Below, piece by piece: positions 1 through 12,842 of a stretch of 64,000 nt of DNA (the stretch's first letter is position 1; each line of letters begins with the position of its first letter). Location: the NCBI GenBank assembly GCA_964016885.1, contig OZ024741.1, forward strand, positions 3,968,001 through 4,032,000. The letters are read 5' to 3'. The notes beneath the pieces are model-generated. The model did not search any database and had not been told where the DNA came from. It saw only the letters and a list, made by a program, of their open reading frames with translations. This stretch comes from Eledone cirrhosa (lineage: Eukaryota). A program made the position numbers and the translations under genes.

Positions 1-3000
1 TTAAAGGATGCAGTGTCTCGTCAGCTAACAACTGGTGCAGGTAGTTTGATCCATGGAGGTTTTAAAGGATGCAGTGTCTCGACAGCTAACAACTGATGCA
101 GGTAGTTTGTTACATGGGGGTTTTAAAGGATGCAGTGTCTCGACAGCTAACAACTGATGCAGGTAGTTTGTTCCATAGAGGTTTTAAAGGATGCAGTGTC
201 TCGACAGCTAACAACTGGTGCAGGTAGATTGTTCCATGGAGATTTTAATGGATCCAGTGTCTCGACAGCTAAAAACTGGTGCAGGTAGTTTGATCCATGG
301 AGGTTTTAAAGGATCCAGTGTCTCGACAGCTAACAACTGATGCAGGTAGTTTATTCCATGGAGGTTTTAAAGGATGCAGTGTCTCGACAGCTAACAACTG
401 ATGCCGGTAGTTTATTCCATGGAGGTTTTAAAGGATCCAGTGTCTCCACAGCTAACAACTGATGCAGGTAGTTTGTTCCATAGAGGTTTTAAAGGATGCA
501 GTGTCTCGACAGCTAACAACTGGTGCAGGTTGTTTGTTCCATGGAGGTTTTAAAGGATGCAGTGTCTCGACAGCTAACAACTGATGCAGGTAGTTTGTTC
601 CATAGAGGTTTTAAAGGATGCAGTGTCTCGACAGCTAACAACTGATGCAGGTAGTTTGTTCCATGGAGGTTTTAAAGGATGCAGTGTCTCGACAGCTAAC
701 AACTGATGCAGGTAGTTTGTTCCATAGAGGTTTTAAAGGATGCAGTGTCTCGACAGCTAACAACTGATGCAGGTAGTTTGTTCGATAGACGTTTTAAAGG
801 ATGCAGTGTCTCGACAGATAACAACTGATGCAGGTAGTTTGTTCCATGGATGTTCTAAAGGATGCAGTGTCTCGACAGCTAACAACTGATGCTGGTAGTT
901 TGTTCCATGGAGGTTTTAAAGGATGCAGTGTCTCGTCAGCTAAAAACTGGTGCAGGTAGTTTGTTCCATGGAGGTTTTAAAGGATCCAGTGTTTCGACAG
1001 CTAACAACTGATGCAGATAGTTTGTTCCATGGAGGTTTTAAAGGATCCAGTGTCTCGACAGCTAACAACTGATGCCGGTAGTTTATTCCATGGAGGTTTT
1101 AAAGGATGCAGTGTCTCGACAGCTAACAACTGATGCAGGTAGTTTATTCCATGGAGGTTTTAAAGGATGCAGTGTCTCGACAGCTAACAACTGATGCAGG
1201 TAGTTTGTTCCATGGAGGTTTTAAAGGATGCAGTGTCTCGTCAGCTAAAAACTGGTGCAGGTAGTTTGATCCATGGAGGTTTTAAAGGATCCAGTGTCTC
1301 GACAGCTAACAACTGATTCAGGTAGTTTGTTCCATGGAGGTTTTAAAGGATGCGGTGTCTCGACAGCTAACAAAAGATGCAGGTAGTTTGTTCCATAGAG
1401 GTTTTAAAGGATGCAGTTTCTCGACAGCTAACAACTGATGCAGGTAGTTTGTTCCATGGAGGTTTTAAAGGATGCAGTGTCTCGTCAGCTAAAAACTGGT
1501 GCAGGTAGTTTGATCCATGGAGGTTTTAAAGGATCCAGTGTCTCGACAGCTAACAACTGATGCCGGTAGTTTATTCCATGGAGGTTTTAATGGATCCAGT
1601 GTCTCGACAGCTAACAACTGATGCTGGTAGTTTATTCCATGGATGGAGGCTTTAAAGGATGCAGTGGCTCGTCAGCTATCAACTGGTGCAGGTAGTTAGA
1701 TCCAAGTAGGTTTTAAAGGATGCAGTGTCTCGACAGCTAACAAGTGATGCTGGTAGTTTGTTCCATGGAGGTTTTAAAGGATGCAGTGTCTCGACAGCTA
1801 ACAAAAGATGCAGGTAGTTTGTTCCATAGAGGTTTTAAAGGATGCAGTGTCTCGACAGCTAACAACTGGTGCAGGTAGATTGTTCCATGGAGATTTTAAT
1901 GGATCCAGTTTCTCGACAGCTAACAACTGATGCTGGTAGTTTGTTCCATGGAGGTTTTAAAGGATCCAGTGTCTCAACAGCTAACAACTGATGCAGGTAG
2001 TTTGTTCCATGGATGTTTTAAAGGATTCAGTGTCTCAACAGCTAACAACTGATGCAGGTAGTTTGTTCCATGGAGGTTTTAAAGGATGCAGTGTCTCGAC
2101 AGCTAACAACTGATGCTGGTAGTTTGTTCCATGGAGGTTTTAAAGGATGCAGTGTCTCGACAGCTAACAACTGATGCTGGTAGTTTGTTCCATGGAGGTT
2201 TGAAAGGATCCAATGTCTCGTCAGCTAACAACTTGTGCAGCTAGTTTAATTCATGGAGGTTTTAAAGGATGCAGTGTCTCGTCAGCTAACAACTGGTGCA
2301 GGTAGTTTGATCCATGGAGGTTTTAAAGGATGCAGTGTCTCGACAGCTAACAACTGATGCAGGTAGTTTGTTCCATGGAGGTTTTAAAGGATGCAGTGTC
2401 TCGACAGCTGACAACTGATGCAGGTAGTTTGTTCCATAGAGGTTTTAAAGGATGCAGTGTCTCGACAGCTAACAACTGGTACAGGTAGATTGTTCCAAGG
2501 AGATTTCAATGGATCCAGTGTCTCGACAGCTAACAACTGATGCCGGTAGTTTATTCCATTGAGGTTTTAAAGGATGCAGTGTCTCGACAGCTAACAACTG
2601 ATGCAGGTAGTTTGTTCCATGGAGGTTTTAAAGGATGCAGTGTCTCGTCAGCTAAAAACTGGTTCAGGTAGTTTGATCCATGGAGGTTTTAAAGGATCCA
2701 GTGTCTCGACAGCTAACAACTGATGCAGATAGTTTGTTCCATGGATGTTTTCAAGGATTCAGTGTCTCAACAGCTAACAACTGATGCAGGTAGTTTGTTC
2801 CATGGAGGTTTTAAAGGATGCAGTGTCTCGACAGCTAACAAAAGATGCAGGTAGTTTGTTCCATAGAGGTTTTAAAGGATGCAGTGTCTCGACAGCTAAC
2901 AACTGATGCAGTTAGTTTGTTCCATGGTGGTTTTAAAGGATGCAGTGTCTCGACAGCTAACAACTGATGCAGGTAGTTTGTTCCATAGAGGTTTTAAAGG

Positions 3001-6000
3001 ATGCAGTGTCTCGACAGCTAACAACTGGTGCAGGTAGATTGTACCATGTAGATTTTAATGGATCCAGTTTCTCGACAGCTAACAACTGATGCTGGTAGTT
3101 TATTCCATGCATAGAGGCTTTAAAGGATGCAGTGGCTCGTCAGCTAACAACTGGTGCAGGTAGTTTGATCCAAGGAGGTTTTAATGGATCCAGTGTCTCG
3201 ACAGCTAACAACTGATGAAGGTAGTTTGTTCCATGGAGGTTTTAATGGATGCAGTGTCTCGACAGCTAACAGCTGATGCAGGTAGTTTGTTCCATGGAGG
3301 TTTTAATGGATGCAGTGTCTCGACAGCTAACAACTGATGCTGGTAGTTTGTTCCATGGAGGTTTTAAAGGATCCAGTGTCTCGCCAGCTAACAACTGATG
3401 TAGGTAGTTTGTTCCATGGAGGTTTTAAAGGATGCAGTGTCTCGACAGCTAACAACTGATGCTGGTAGTTTGTTCCATGGAGGTTTTAAAGGATGCAGTG
3501 TCTCAACAGCTAACAACTGATGCAGGTAGTTTGTTCTATGGAGGTTTTAAAGGATGCAGTGTCTCGTCAGCTAAAAACTGGTGCAGGTAGTTTGATCCAT
3601 GGAGGTTTTAAAGGATCCAGTGTCTCGACAGCTAACAAAAGATGCAGGTAGTTTGTTCCATAGAGGTTTTAAAGGATGCAGTGTCTCGACAGCTAACAAC
3701 TGGTGCAGGTAGATTGTTACATGGAGGTTTTAATGGATCTAGTGTCTCGACAGCTAACAGCTGACGCAGGTAGTTTCTTCCATGGTGGTTTTAATGGATC
3801 CAGTGCCTCCACAGCTAACAACTGATGTAGGTAGTTTGTTCCATGGATGTTTTAAAGGATGCAGTGTCTCGACAGCTAACAACTGGTGCAGGTAGATTGT
3901 TCCATGGAGATTTTAATGGATCCAGTGTCCCGACAGCTAACAACTGATGCTGGTAGTTTGTTCCATGGAGGTTTTAAAGGATGCAGTGTCTCGACAGCTA
4001 ACAACTGATGCAGCCAGTTCGTTCCATAGAGGTTTTAAACGATGCAGTGTCTCGACAGCTAACAACTGATGAAGGTAGTTTGTTCCATGGAGGTTTTAAA
4101 GGATGCAGTGTCTCGAGAGCTAACAACTGATGCAGGTAGTTTGTTCCATGGAGGTTTTAAAGGATGCAGTGTCTCGACAGCTAACAACTGATGCAGCCAG
4201 TTCGTTCCATAGAGGTTTTAAAGGATGCAGTGTCTCGACAGCTAACAACTGTTGAAGGTAGTTTGTTCCATGGAGGATTTAAAGGATGCAGTGTCTCGAC
4301 AGCTAACAACTGATGCAGGTAGTTTGTTCCATGGAGGTTTTAAAGGATGCAGTGTCTCGACAGCTATCAACTGATGTTGGTAGTTTGTTCCATGGATGTT
4401 TTAAAGGATGCAGTGTCTCGACAGCTAACAACTGGTGCAGGTAGATTGTTCCATGGAGGTTTTAATGGAACCAGTGTCTCGACAGCTAACAACTGATGCA
4501 GGTAGTTTGTTCCATGGATGTTTTAAAGGATTCAGTGTCTCAACAGCTAACAACTGATGCAGGTAGTTTGTTCCATGGAGGTTTTAAAGGATGCAGTGTC
4601 TCGACAGCTAACAACTGATGCTGGTAGTTTGTTCCATGGAGGTTTTAAAGGATCCAGTGTCTCAACAGCTAACAACTGATGCAGGTAGTTTGTTCCATGG
4701 ATGTTTTAAAGGATTCAGTGTCTCAACAGCTAACAACTGATGTAGGTAGTTTGTTCCATGGAGGTTTTAAAGGATGCAGTGTCTCGACAGCTAACAACTG
4801 ATGCAGGTAGTTTGTTCCATGGAGGTTTTAAAGGATGCAGTGTCTCGACAGCTAACAACTGATGCAGGTAGTTTGTTCCATAGAGGTTTTAAAGGATGCA
4901 GTGTCTCGACAGCTAACAACTGGTGCAGGTAGTTTGTTCCATGGAGATTTTAATGGATCCAGTGTCTCGACAGCTAACAACTGATGCCGGTAGTTTATTC
5001 CATGGAGGTTTTAAAGGATCCAGTGTCTCGACAGCTAACAACTGATGCAGATAGTTTGTTCCATGGATGTTTTCAAGGATTCAGTGTCTCAACAGCTAAC
5101 AACTGATGCAGGTAGTTTGTACCATGGAGGTTTTAAAGGATGCAGTGTCTCGTCAGCTAACAACTGGTGCAGGTAGTTTGATCCATGGAGGTGTTAAAGG
5201 ATGCAGTGTCTCGACAGCTAACAACTGATGCAGGTAGTTTGTTCCATAGAGGTTTTAAAGGATGCAGTGTCTCGACAGCTAACAACTGGTGCAGGTAGAT
5301 TGTTCCATGGAGATTTTAATGGATCCAGTGTCTCGACAGCTAACAACTGGTGCAGGTAGTTTGATCCATGGAGGTGTTAAAGGATGCAGTGTCTGGTCAG
5401 CTAACAACTGGTGCAGGTAGTTTGATCCATGGAGGTGTTAAAGGATGCAGTGTCTCGTCAGCTAACAACTGGTGCAGGTAGTTTGATCCATGGAGGTTTT
5501 AAAGGATGCAGTGTCTCGTCAGCTAACAACTGGTGCAGGTAGTTTGATCCATGGAGGTGTTAAAGGATGCAGTGTCTCGACAGCTAACAACTGATGCAGG
5601 TAGTTTGTTCCATAGAGGTTTTAAAGGATGCAGTGTCTCGACAGCTAACAACTGGTGCAGGTAGATTGTTCCATGGAGATTTTAATGGATCCAGTGTCTC
5701 GACAGCTAACAACTGATTCCGGTAGTTTATTCCATGGAGGTTTTAAAGGATGCAGTGTCTCGTCAGCTAAAAACTGGTGCAGGTAGTTTGATCCATGGAG
5801 GTTTTAAAGGATGCAGTGTCTCAACAGCTAACAACTGATGCAGGTTGTTTGTTCTATGGAGGTTTTAAAGGATGCAGTCTCTCGTCAGCTAAAAACTGGT
5901 GCAGGTAGTTTGATCCATGGAGGTTTTAAAGGATCCAGTGTCTCGACAGCTAACAAAAGATGCAGGTAGTTTGTTCCATAGAGGTTTTAAAGGATGCAGT

Positions 6001-7566
6001 GTCTCGACAGCTAACAACTGGTGCAGGTAGATTGTTACATGGAGGTTTTAATGGATCTAGTGTCTCGACAGCTAACAGCTGACGCAGGTAGTTTCTTCCA
6101 TGGTGGTTTTAATGGATCCAGTGTCTCCACAGCTAACAACTGATGTAGGTAGTTTGTTCCATGGATGTTTTAAAGGATGCAGTGTCTCGACAGCTAACAA
6201 CTGGTGCAGGTAGATTGTTCCATGGAGATTTTAATGGATCCAGTGTCCCGACAGCTAACAACTGATGCTGGTAGTTTGTTCCATGGAGGTTTTAAAGGAT
6301 GCAGTGTCTCGACAGCTAACAACTGATGCAGCCAGTTCGTTCCATAGAGGTTTTAAAGGATGCAGTGTCTCGACAGCTAACAACTGATGAAGGTAGTTTG
6401 TTCCATGGAGGTTTTAAAGGATGCAGTGTCTCGACAGCTAACAACTGATGCAGGTAGTTTGTTCCATGGAGGTATTAAAGGATGCAGTGTCTCGACAGCT
6501 AACAACTGATGCAGCCAGTTCGTTCCATAGAGGTTTTAAAGGATGCAGTGTCTCGACAGCTAACAACTGTTGAAGGTAGTTTGTTCCATGGAGGATTTAA
6601 AGGATGCAGTGTCTCGACAGCTAACAACTGATGCAGGTAGTTTGTTCCATAGAGGTTTTTAAGGATGCAGTGTCTCGACAGCTAACAACTGGTGCAGGTA
6701 GATTGTTCCATGGAGATTTTAATGGATCCAGTGTCTCGACAGCTAACAACTGATGCTGGTAGTTTGTTCCATGGAGGTTTTAAAGGATCCAGTGTCTCGA
6801 CAGCTAACAACTGATGCAGGTAGTTTGTTCCATAGAGGTTTTAAAGGATGCAGTGTCTCGACAGCTAACAACTGATGAAGGTAGTTTGTTCCATGGAGGT
6901 TTTAAAGGATGCAGTGTCTCGACAGCTAACAACTGATGCAGCTAGTCTGTTCCATAGAGGTTTTAAAGGATGCAGTGTCTCGACAGCTAACAACTGATGA
7001 AGGTAGTTTGTTCAATGGAGGTTTTAAAGGATGCAGTGTCTCGACAGCTAACAACTGATGCAGCTAGTTTGGTCCATAGAGGTTTTAATGGATCCAGTGT
7101 CTCGACAGCTAACAACTGATGCAGGCAGTTTGTTCCATAAAGGTTTTAATGGATCCAGTGTCTCGACAGCTAACAACTGATGAAGGTAGTTTGTTCCATG
7201 GAGGTTCTAAAGATGCAGTGTCTCGACAGCTAACAACTGATGCAGGTAGTTTGTTCCATCAAGGTTTTAAAGGATGCAGTGTCTCGACAACTAACAACTG
7301 ATGAAGGTAGTATATTCCATGGAGGTTTTAAAGGATGCAGTGTCTCGACAGCTAACAACTGATGCAGGTAGTTTGTTCCATAGAAGTTTTAAAGGATGCA
7401 GTGTCTCGACAGCTAACAACTGATGCAGGCAGTTTGTTCCATGGAGGTTTTAATGGATGCAGTGTCCCACCAGCTAATAACTGATGCAGGTTGTTTGTTC
7501 CATGGAGGTTTTAAATGATGCAGTTTCTTGACAGCTAACAACTGATGCAGGGAGTTTGTTCCATGC
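1..7566. repeat. 61-bp tandem satellite (~124 copies, runs off the left edge)
   Basis: Unit ttttaaaggatgcagtgtctcgacagctaacaactgatgcaggtagtttgttccatggagg repeats continuously. The minus strand of one unit encodes WNKLPASVVSCRDTASFK and is continuous with the 3' end of the adjacent LINE ORF2. Confidence 0.98.
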
Positions 7567-9510
7567 TTCAGCAACTCTGAGCGTAAAAAATGTTTCCGAA
7601 ATCATGGGAGTGCTGTTTTCTGACTTTGTACGCATGCCCACGTGTGTTAGACACATTGAATTCAAGAAGATGCTCAGGGTTGTTGTTGGCAAGATGGTTA
7701 ATAATTTTATGGGTGTCTACCAAGTCAGTTGCCAGACGTCGGAACTTCAATGTATCCATGCCCAGGGAAGCAAGGTGTTCAGAGTATGGTAGATGCCTGG
7801 TGGAGGGTATTTGTCTGGTTACATGTTTCTGAACAGTTTCCAGGAGGTCAATGTTCTGAGCAAGATAGGGGTTCCAGACTGGTGATGCAAATTCTAAGTG
7901 TGGCCGCACCATAGCTATATACAGCTTTAAATAGATAGCTGGAGAGCGGCTGACAAAGGTCTTGCTGAGCGATGCTAAGACACCCTCGGCCTTCTTGACA
8001 ATTTTAGAGACGTGCTTCGCCCAACGCAAATTGCTGCTGACCGTAATTGCCAGGTCACATTCACAAGAAGACTTCTTGATATTAGTGCTGTGGAGGGAGT
8101 ATGTGGACGCTGAACCTTTCCTCCCAAAATGCATGGTGGGATACTTGTCCACAGCCAGCGTGAGTCCAGGATCCACTACTGCATAGTGTCCAGCTTTGAT
8201 TGCAGGAAAGGTCTATAGTGTTCAGGATCGGTCTTTTTTATCTCAAGGTACAGCTTGATGCCATCTGCATATTTCAGTACTGTAGCATTCTTTAAGTTGG
8301 CATCTATGTCATTAATATATGCAACAAACAAAAGGGGACCAAGAACAGATCCCTGTAGTACACCAAATGACATCTCATATGGTGAGGAATGCTGTCCTAG
8401 AACCGTGACTAGCTCTCTTCGACAGAAAATGAAGGACTTCAACCAGTTATAAAGATCATCCTTCACACCCATTGCAGAGAGTTTTGCCATAAGTCTTTTG
8501 TGTGGCGCAGAATTAAAAGCTTTAGCAAAGTCAAGGTAAACAACATCCACCCATGAGCCGCCATCAGTGATCCGGGTGATGTCCTCAAGAAACTCGATAA
8601 GTTGCTCACAGCAGCTGGAGTTAGGGATAAATCCAAATTGCAAGGGCCAGATAAGACTGTGAGAATTCCAGAAGTTCTAGAGTGTTTCTCTGACACAGGA
8701 TTCCACCAGTTTGGCAATGTAGCTAGTGAGACTGACTGGACGATAGTTCACAAGTGATGTGCAGTCGCCCTTTTTGAACAGAGGAATGACACTGGCAGTT
8801 TTCCACTGTTCCAGACTAGCACCATTGTTCAGACAGAATTGAAAGAAGCGTGAAAGCTGGTGCAGGAGGAAGTACCCACCACGTTTGAGAAGCAGGTACG
8901 TAACACCATCAAGACCAGGAAAGGTATGGTTGCGTTTATTCTTCAGGTGACGTTGCAGCATTGTAGGTGTAAATTCCATAGTTGTTATAGAATTTGATGT
9001 CAGGTGGTGGTGGTGGTGGTGGTGGTGGTGGTGGTACGTTTTGGTTTCAACAGTGGAAATACCTGCATAGCATTCAGCAATGAGTTCTGCGCATTCCTTG
9101 GTGTCGTCAGTAATCTGGCTTATGTGGGGATTGTGAAGAGGACCAACTGGAGAGTGAGGTCCCTACTTTGAGCGCACATATTTCCAGAACACCTTACTGT
9201 CAGGGCTGGTTGTTATGCGCAGTACAAATTCAAGCACTGCCTTTTTTGTCATCTGCTTGAGATGGTTGGATGATTTATTTCGCTTTTTTCTATTGATATC
9301 TGATTTATGCAGTTTGTACTCACGTTCAGCATTACGACGTTCTTTCCTAGCAAGACGGACTACTGCAGTCGCCCAAATTGTACTTTTGGGATTTTTTTTC
9401 TGCTTACGTGGCACTGATACTGCACATGCTGTCCATATTGAGTTCAGTATGTTCTGAAGTACAGTGTTGACATCTCCAGAGTTGTAAAATTCAACCCAGT
9501 TTGGATGGTG
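7500..9510 (-). mobile_element. CR1/Jockey-group LINE, degraded 5'-truncated ORF2 (RT plus C-terminus)
   Basis: Frameshifted ORFs 9163-9414, 8677-8979 (PGLDG, WKTASVIPLFKKG, NYRPVSLTS), 8176-8643 (QFGF, YLDFAKAF, GVLQGSVLGPLLF, YADG) and 7568-8176 (VRPHLEFASPVWNP, TRGH); C-terminal WNKLP..VV motif. Confidence 0.92.
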
Positions 9511-9837
9511 TAGCTCAGTGCATATATATACATATATATCATATATATCCAGTATATCTTACGAGTACAGGATATGAAAGTCTTCTGTCAGCTAGTGTGC
9601 TAGCAATGAGAGTGACCTTCTCAAAACCAAATACCAGGACTTGACTCACCATTTCCTTCCTGTGTGGTACCGTGGATTTTCTGTGGTGCACAACCGAGAA
9701 ACACCACCTTCACTCACCTATAATACCTAAACCCAGCGCCGCCCCCACACCGTACTTTCGCTATTTTATTTCATTCTTTTTCTCTTCTTATTGCAAAACT
9801 TAATTGAAATTTGCTAAATAAAGTATTTCTATAAAAA

Positions 9838-11910
9838 TCGACCCAATAGAGGGACCAGCAGTGTTAGTCGAGGGGAGTATAATAAGTAAGGCAATCAAGG
9901 ATATGAAGACGGGTAAGGCGGCTGGGCCTTCGGAAATAGTTGCTGAGATGCTGAAGGCCTCTGGCACGGTGGGACACACCATGGTCACCCGCATAGTTAA
10001 CCAAGTCGTACAGAATGGGGTTGTTCCGAAGGACTGGCATAGCAGCATCATCGTTAACTGTTATAAGGGTAAAGGAGACGCCCTAGATAGGAGTAACTAT
10101 AGAGGCATTAAATTAATCGACCAGGTCATGAAGGTCACGGAAAAAGTAATAGCACAACTAATCAGAGAGAGAATTGACCTAGATGAAATGCAGTTCGGGT
10201 TTGTGTCAGGCAAAAGTACCACAGACGCTCTTTTCATTGTACGACAACTACAGGAGAAGTACCTAGCTAAAGGTAAACCCCTCTACTTAGCTTTTGTCGA
10301 CTTGGATAAAACCTTCGACAGAGTCCCCCGCTCCATTATCTGGTGGGCTCTTAGAAAACTAGGCGTTGACGAATGGCTTGTGAGAGCTATACAAGCCATG
10401 TATAAAGAAACAGTCAGCAAGGTTAGAATTAACAACGAATATAGTGAAGAGTTTAGCGTAAAAGTTGGCGTCCATCAGGGCTCTGTTCTCAGCCCCCTAC
10501 TATTTATTATTGCCCTTCAGGCTATAACAGAGGAGTTCAAGACCGGCTGCCCATGGGAACTCCTATACGCAGACGATCTGACACTCATAGCGGAATCAAT
10601 GGCCGAGCTAGAGAAGAAATTCCAAACATGGAAGCACGGCCTAGAATCAAAAGGACTTAAAATTAACCTGGCTAAGACTAAAGTTCTAGTTTGTAGGAAA
10701 GAAAATAAGGCGGCGGTCCCTTCTGGGAAATGGTCATGCTCAGTGTGTAGGAAAGGCGTAGGTAGAAACTCCATTTTATGTCGCAAATGCAAAGTATGGG
10801 TGCATAAAAGATGTAGTGGGATCACAGGTAAGCTAACTAAGAACATAGATTTTACATGCGGCCGGTGCTCTGGTGCAATAAGTAGCAGCAAGTGTCCACA
10901 AAATACTAGCTCTTTCAATTGCGCAGAGGGTTCTATAGAAATAGTGGACAGCTTCCGTTACCTGGGCGATAAAATCAGCAGTGGGGGAGGGTGCTCTGAA
11001 AGTACAGTAGCTAGAGTCAGAACTGGTTGGAAAAAGTTCAGAGAGCTTATACCACTATTAGCTGGTAAAGGGTTCTCCCTAAAAATGAAAGGCAGGTTGT
11101 ACGATGCCTGCATACGAACAGCATTGTTGCATGGCAGTGAGACCTGGGCATTGTGTGCAGAGGATATACGCAGACTAGAGAGGAACGAAGCTTGCATGCT
11201 CCGCTGGATGTGTAACAGTAATATACGTGAACGGCAAAGCATAAACGAAATAAGGAAAAAATTAGAAATAAGAGGGATCAGATGTTGTTTACTCGAGAGA
11301 AGGCTACGTTGGTATGGACACGTGATGCGCATGAAAGTCGATAGCTGTATAACAAAGTGCAGGGCAATAAAGATAGACGGTAGCCACGGAATAGGCAGAC
11401 CTAGAAAAACCTGGGACGAGCTGATAAACTCCGACCTCACACACTTACACCTCTCCAAGACAATGTCACTGGACCGAGACCTTTGGCGGTACTCAGTAAC
11501 AGAGAAGACCCGCCTTACCTAAATACATAGTAAAACCTACTACAGCCAGTAGGCATCTCTAACAAAATACACCCCGTCCCACCACCCCCACCCCATCCAC
11601 ACCACCCCCTTCTATGTAAAGTTATGTTGGTGCCACGCTATCCAGGCCGAAACAAATGAGATCGTGTAGGTGTCACGACAAAAAAACACACAGTCCACGC
11701 TGTAATGTGGCCGTGTAGGCAACACGGTAAAAACCTTCCAGACCCACACTGTAAATGTGGTTGGTGTTAGGAAGGGCATCCAACTGTAGAAAACCTGCCA
11801 GACAGTCCTATGCGAGCAAGACAATCACTCTTGCCTCAAGTGGGAATACCCCCGTCCAAACCCATGCAAGCATGGAACACGGACGTTAAACGTTGATGAT
11901 GATGATGATG
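9838..11910 (+). mobile_element. RTE-clade LINE, 5'-truncated, with 3' UTR and (GAT)n tail
   Basis: 553-aa RT ORF followed by a 3' UTR ending ggacgttaaacgttgatgatgatgatgatg, a short tandem-repeat tail typical of RTE elements. Confidence 0.9.
9861..11522 (+). CDS. RTE ORF2 reverse transcriptase (no endonuclease) with an internal PHD-like zinc finger
   Basis: KGKGDALDRSNYRGIKL, QFGF, AFVDLDKTFDRVP, GVHQGSVLSPLLF, YADD, LLHGSETW, RLRWYGHV, GRPRKTW; C4HC3 insert CSVC..CRKC..WVHKRC..CGRC. Confidence 0.93.
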   Translation: MLVEGSIISKAIKDMKTGKAAGPSEIVAEMLKASGTVGHTMVTRIVNQVVQNGVVPKDWHSSIIVNCYKGKGDALDRSNYRGIKLIDQVMKVTEKVIAQLIRERIDLDEMQFGFVSGKSTTDALFIVRQLQEKYLAKGKPLYLAFVDLDKTFDRVPRSIIWWALRKLGVDEWLVRAIQAMYKETVSKVRINNEYSEEFSVKVGVHQGSVLSPLLFIIALQAITEEFKTGCPWELLYADDLTLIAESMAELEKKFQTWKHGLESKGLKINLAKTKVLVCRKENKAAVPSGKWSCSVCRKGVGRNSILCRKCKVWVHKRCSGITGKLTKNIDFTCGRCSGAISSSKCPQNTSSFNCAEGSIEIVDSFRYLGDKISSGGGCSESTVARVRTGWKKFRELIPLLAGKGFSLKMKGRLYDACIRTALLHGSETWALCAEDIRRLERNEACMLRWMCNSNIRERQSINEIRKKLEIRGIRCCLLERRLRWYGHVMRMKVDSCITKCRAIKIDGSHGIGRPRKTWDELINSDLTHLHLSKTMSLDRDLWRYSVTEKTRLT

Positions 11911-12350
11911 AATGAGAAATCTGGAGAATTTGGACACTTGTTTCAGGGTTCCGACACCCTGTTACTGCCATTTTATAGGCCTCGGTGGATGGGGGTCTTT
12001 TTCAGTGACAAGATGTGGGATTTGAACTGAGAACACACAGGAAGGAAACAGCAACACATCACATCCAGTGCTCGAGCAGTCCGCCAATGACCTTTGACTG
12101 GTACTTTATTTATAGATTCCCAAATATATAAAAGGCCAAGTTGACCTGAACAGAATTTGATATGAGATGGTAAAGAACCGGAAGATATGTCACATGTATA
12201 TATATGTATATGTGTTACTGTATATATATATGTATTAATAAAAGGAATTCCAACTTTGTCTGATTTACTCGTTTTATTTACAATCCTTTAAAATTTATAA
12301 TGGTATTAGAATGAAATAGTATGGTAGAATATTAAATGTTAAGTGTTAAT

Positions 12351-12389
12351 TGAACAAGTACTTTCATGCTTTCGCAATCTTCAGGTTCA
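12351..12389 (-). ncRNA. Minimal type I hammerhead ribozyme (mirror copy)
   Basis: Exact reverse complement of 12475-12513. Confidence 0.8.
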
Positions 12390-12474
12390 TAATGTGTGGT
12401 GACAGTCAAGTTTGCAATTTTCAACTGTGTTTTCAACAGTTGAAAATTGCAAACTTGACTGTCACCACACAATC

Positions 12475-12513
12475 TGAACCTGAAGATTGCGAAAGCATGA
12501 AAGTACTTGTTCA
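12475..12513 (+). ncRNA. Minimal type I hammerhead ribozyme
   Basis: UGAAC-CUGAAGA-uUGC GAAA GCAu-GAAA-GUAC-U-U-GUUCA. Stem I UGAAC/GUUCA, stem II with a GAAA tetraloop, palindromic stem III AGUACU. Confidence 0.8.
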
Positions 12514-12632
12514 ATTAACACTTAACATTTAATATTCTACCATACTATTTCATTCTAATACCATTATAAATTTTAAAGGATTGTAAATAAAACAAGTAAA
12601 TCAGACAAAGTTGGAATTCCTTTTATTAATAC

Positions 12633-12699
<67 letters not shown>

Positions 12700-12842
12700 T
12701 GTGTGTGTTACTGTATATGTGTGTGTGTATGTGTATGCATATATGTGTATGTATATACACACACATTCATATGAATGTGTGTGTATATGTGTGTATATGT
12801 GTATGTATATATGTGTATATATGAATGTGTATGTGTGTGTAT

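Larger units (their letters stand above)
12221..12643. repeat. ~420-bp palindrome (208-bp arms, 7-nt loop) carrying a Penelope-type hammerhead; flanked by (TA)n
   Basis: Arms 12221-12428 and 12436-12643 are reverse complements with about 3 mismatches seen; mirror ORFs 12332-12514(-) and 12350-12532(+). Confidence 0.95.
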
